DNA of 64,000 bases from an uncultured Thermus sp. (lineage in GTDB: Bacteria; Deinococcota; Deinococci; Deinococcales; Thermaceae), in assembly GCA_947085095.1 (NCBI GenBank), contig CAMTVD010000014.1, positions 192,001 through 256,000 on the forward strand, given 5' to 3'. Positions within the stretch are counted from its first letter, which is position 1. Each line of letters opens with the position of its first letter. Under the pieces are notes generated by a model that saw nothing but the letters and a program-made list of their open reading frames with translations, ran no database searches and was not told where the DNA came from. A program made the translations under genes and the position numbers. Below, in pieces: positions 61,219 through 64,000 of this stretch.

Positions 61219-62109
61219 ATGGGTATGCGGCCTTGGCAGGTGGAGTCAGAAAAGGAGCGCCTGGAGCTTCGGGCCAGGCTCCACGAGCTCTTGCACCGCC
61301 TGAAGGGGGAGCCCAACGCCCTCTTGCCCTTCCACCAGGCCCTGGCCCTGAGGCCCAGGGGGGAGCACCACCTGGGCCTCCGCACCCTTGAGGTGGACAG
61401 GGTGGTGGGCTCCGTGGACCGCTATGAGGAGTTTGACCACACCTTCCTCCCCAAGACCCCCCACACCCTGGAGCGCTGGAAGCGGCTTAGGACTCTCCAG
61501 CTTGAGGGGGTGGAGTTTCCCCCCATAGAGGTCTACCAGGTGGGGGAGGCCTACTTCGTCAAGGACGGCCACCACCGGGTGGCCCTGGCCAAGGCCACGG
61601 GGCAGAGGTACATAGACGCCTACGTCATCGCCCTGGATGTCCCCGTTCCCGTGGAGCCTGGGGACACGCTCAAGGACCTGATCCTCAAGGCCGAGTACGC
61701 CCACTTCCTGGAGAAGACCCGGCTGAAGGAGCTCGTTCCCGCGGCCGAGGAGATCCGCTTCAGCGCCTTGGGCCGTTACGACCTCCTCCTGGACCACATC
61801 GCCACCCGGCGGTACTTCAAGGGGCTGGAAGAAGGCCGGGAGGTCTCCTGGGAGGAGGCGGTGGTGGACTGGTACGAGAACCTCTACCGGCCCACCACGG
61901 AGGCCATCCGCCGCCTGGGGCTCCTCAAGGACTTCCCTGGGCGGACGGAGGCGGACCTTTACCTCTGGATCATGGACCACCGCCACTTCCTGGCCCAGGA
62001 GCTGGGGGTGGACCTCTCCCCCGAGGAGGCGGCCAGGAGCTACGAGGAGCGGTTTGGTCCCTTCTGGAAGCGGCTTGGGGGTGGCCTCAAGCGGCTTCTC
62101 AGACCCTAG
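61219..62109 (+). CDS. ParB/Srx-like domain protein (DUF4032-associated type)
   Basis: VGSVDRY..FD, PPIEVY, YFVKDGHHRV, DLYLWI..H; start ATG 61219 or 61225. Confidence 0.7.
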   Translation: MGMRPWQVESEKERLELRARLHELLHRLKGEPNALLPFHQALALRPRGEHHLGLRTLEVDRVVGSVDRYEEFDHTFLPKTPHTLERWKRLRTLQLEGVEFPPIEVYQVGEAYFVKDGHHRVALAKATGQRYIDAYVIALDVPVPVEPGDTLKDLILKAEYAHFLEKTRLKELVPAAEEIRFSALGRYDLLLDHIATRRYFKGLEEGREVSWEEAVVDWYENLYRPTTEAIRRLGLLKDFPGRTEADLYLWIMDHRHFLAQELGVDLSPEEAARSYEERFGPFWKRLGGGLKRLLRP

Positions 62110-62136
62110 GGTTGCCCGGGGTGCGGGTCCCGGCTT

Positions 62137-62152
62137 ATCCTGTATACAGGAT
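62137..62152. promoter_or_regulatory. Perfect 16-bp palindrome, probable GntR operator
   Basis: ATCCTGTATACAGGAT overlaps the -10 (TATCCT, 62136-62141) and the ATG; -35 TTGCCC at 62112-62117. Confidence 0.7.
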
Positions 62153-62810
62153 GCAGGCCACGGACTTCCGCCGGCCCAACCAGGTGCGCGAGGCGGTCTA
62201 CGGCCACCTCAAGGACCTCCTCCTCTCCGGCCGCTTTGCCCCGGGGGAGAGGCTTTCCGAGCCCCTTCTCGCCAAGGAGCTCGGAGTCTCCCGCACCCCG
62301 GTGCGGGAGGCCCTCATGCGCCTTGCCAAGGAGGGCTTGGTGGAGCTCGTCCCCGGCAAGGGGGCGAGGGTCAGGGCCTTCACCCCGGAGGAGGTGGAGG
62401 AGGTCTACGGGGTGCGGGCCCTCTTGGAGGGGGAGGCGGCCCGGGAGGCGGCCCTCCGGGCCACCCCCTGGGAGCTTTTAGAGCTGGAGGAGCTCCTTAA
62501 GGCCATAGACCAGGCCCCCCGGGAGGACTACCCCGAGCAGATGCGCCGGGACCTGGAGTTCCACCGCGCCCTGGTGCGCCTTTCGGGAAACCGGACCCTC
62601 CTCCGCCTCTATGAGGACCTCCTCGCCACCCTGGCCCTGGCCCGGAGCGCGGTGCCCATGCTCTCCCAGGAGGAGGCCACCCGGCGGGAGCACTGGGCCA
62701 TCCTCAAGGCCCTAAAGGAGCGGGACCCGGAAGGGGCGAAGAGGGCGGTGGAGGCCCACGTCTACCGCTTCCGCGACCTGGTGGTGCGGCGGCTTTTGGA
62801 GGGAATATGA
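62151..62810 (+). CDS. GntR (FCD-type) regulator of the proline utilisation operon
   Basis: [29 protein letters not shown]. Confidence 0.92.
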   Translation: MQATDFRRPNQVREAVYGHLKDLLLSGRFAPGERLSEPLLAKELGVSRTPVREALMRLAKEGLVELVPGKGARVRAFTPEEVEEVYGVRALLEGEAAREAALRATPWELLELEELLKAIDQAPREDYPEQMRRDLEFHRALVRLSGNRTLLRLYEDLLATLALARSAVPMLSQEEATRREHWAILKALKERDPEGAKRAVEAHVYRFRDLVVRRLLEGI

Positions 62811-63730
62811 GCCTAGACCTGGCGTACCGGTCTTTCGTCCTGAGCGTGGCGGGGAATAAGGGGGTGGAGCGCCTCATCAAGACCCGGGCCCGGGGCCTGG
62901 TGCGGCGCTACGTGGCCGGGGAGACCCTGGAGGAGGCCCTGAGGGCGGCGGAGGCCCTCGAGGGGGAAGGGGTCCACGCCATCCTGGACCTCCTGGGGGA
63001 GATGGTGAGGAGCGAGGCGGAGGCCCGGGCCTTCCAGGAAAGGATCCTGGAGCTGGTGCGGGCCGTGAGGGAGAGGCCCTGGCCCAAGTACATCTCCGTA
63101 AAGCCCTCCCAGCTGGGCCTGGACCTTTCCGAGGGACTGGCCCGGGAGCTCCTAAGGGGAATCCTCAAGGAGGCCGAGCAGGGGGGGGTTTTCGTCCGCC
63201 TGGACATGGAGGACTCCCCCCGGGTGGAGGCCACCTTGCGCCTCTACAAGGGCCTAAGGGAGGAGGGGTTTTCCCTTCTCGGAATCGTCCTCCAGAGCTA
63301 CCTCTTCCGCACGGAGAAGGACTTCTTTGACCTCCTCCCCTACCGGCCCAACCTGCGCCTGGTCAAGGGCGCCTACCGGGAGCCCAAGGAGGTGGCCTTC
63401 TGGGACAAGCGCCTGATTGACGCCGAGTTTTTGCACCTGGGGAAGCTGGCCTTGAGGGAAGGCCTTTACGTGGCCTTCGCCACCCACGACCCCCGCCTCA
63501 TCGCCGAGGTGAAGCGCTACACAGAGGCCATGGGCATCCCCAGGGGGGGCTTTGAGTTCCAGTTCCTCTACGGGGTGCGCCCCGAGGAGCAAAAGCGCCT
63601 GGCCCAGGAGGGGTATGCGGTGCGGGCCTACGTGCCCTACGGCAAGGACTGGTACCCCTACCTGACCCGGCGCATCGCCGAAAGGCCGGAGAACCTGTTT
63701 CTGGTGCTGAGAAGCCTCTTGGGAGGCTAG
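62807..63730 (+). CDS. Monofunctional proline dehydrogenase
   Basis: DLLGE, RLDMEDS, RLVKGAY, ATHD, YVPYG..WYPY.TRR.AERP. Confidence 0.95.
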   Translation: MSLDLAYRSFVLSVAGNKGVERLIKTRARGLVRRYVAGETLEEALRAAEALEGEGVHAILDLLGEMVRSEAEARAFQERILELVRAVRERPWPKYISVKPSQLGLDLSEGLARELLRGILKEAEQGGVFVRLDMEDSPRVEATLRLYKGLREEGFSLLGIVLQSYLFRTEKDFFDLLPYRPNLRLVKGAYREPKEVAFWDKRLIDAEFLHLGKLALREGLYVAFATHDPRLIAEVKRYTEAMGIPRGGFEFQFLYGVRPEEQKRLAQEGYAVRAYVPYGKDWYPYLTRRIAERPENLFLVLRSLLGG

Positions 63731-63742
63731 AAGGAGGACAGG

Positions 63743-64000
63743 ATGACGGTGGAACCTTTCCGTAACCAGCCCATAGAAACCTTTGCCAGCGAAGAGGCCA
63801 GGCGGGAGATGCGGGAGGCCCTGAAGCGGGTCAGGGCCGAGTTTGGCCGCCACTGGCCCCTCTACATCGGGGGGGAGTGGGTGGACACGGGGGAGAGGAT
63901 CCTCTCCCTAAACCCTTCCGCCCCCAGCGAGGTGGTGGGGACGGTGGCCAAGGGGGGGAAGGCGGAGGCGGAGGCCGCCCTCGAGGCCGCCTGGAAGGCC
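63743..64000 (+). CDS. Delta-1-pyrroline-5-carboxylate dehydrogenase (5' part only)
   Basis: Manual translation MTVEPFRNQPIETF...PLYIGGEW...SLNPSAPSEVVG; AGGAGG RBS; follows proline dehydrogenase. Confidence 0.9.
   Translation, partial: MTVEPFRNQPIETFASEEARREMREALKRVRAEFGRHWPLYIGGEWVDTGERILSLNPSAPSEVVGTVAKGGKAEAEAALEAAWKA

Overview
GC-rich (about 70% by eye) chromosomal segment of a Thermus species. This assignment is inferred from codon style, many TANNNT-adjacent leaderless starts and close similarity to T. thermophilus/T. aquaticus proteins I recognise. Most of the window is housekeeping: truA, an Fe3+ ABC transporter, osmC, hsp20, trmB, a UbiD-family decarboxylase, topA, lgt, glmU, tatAC, a chorismate mutase/DAHP synthase, lptFG plus an LptD-like gene, hrpB, gyrB, kbl/bioF and the proline utilisation operon. 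The main accessory feature is an ~11 kb four-gene defence cassette at 47625-58721: SNF2 helicase-DUF3883 nuclease, Schlafen/AlbA_2-HATPase-wHTH protein, DUF1156 adenine methyltransferase with a low-GC internal segment, and HEPN-DUF499 ATPase. It has a tandem palindromic operator and sits directly downstream of an M.TaqI-like methyltransferase that has no adjacent restriction enzyme. Across the window TCGA appears to be avoided except inside CTCGAG, which is abundant. Also noted: a HEPN-MNT pair, an IscR-type site over the iron-uptake promoter, a candidate ~45-nt sRNA, a bidirectional -10 element and an AlaDH-like pseudoenzyme next to a CoA transferase. No rRNA, tRNA, CRISPR array, integrase or transposase was recognised. 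All domain calls come from motif recognition by eye, not database searches.
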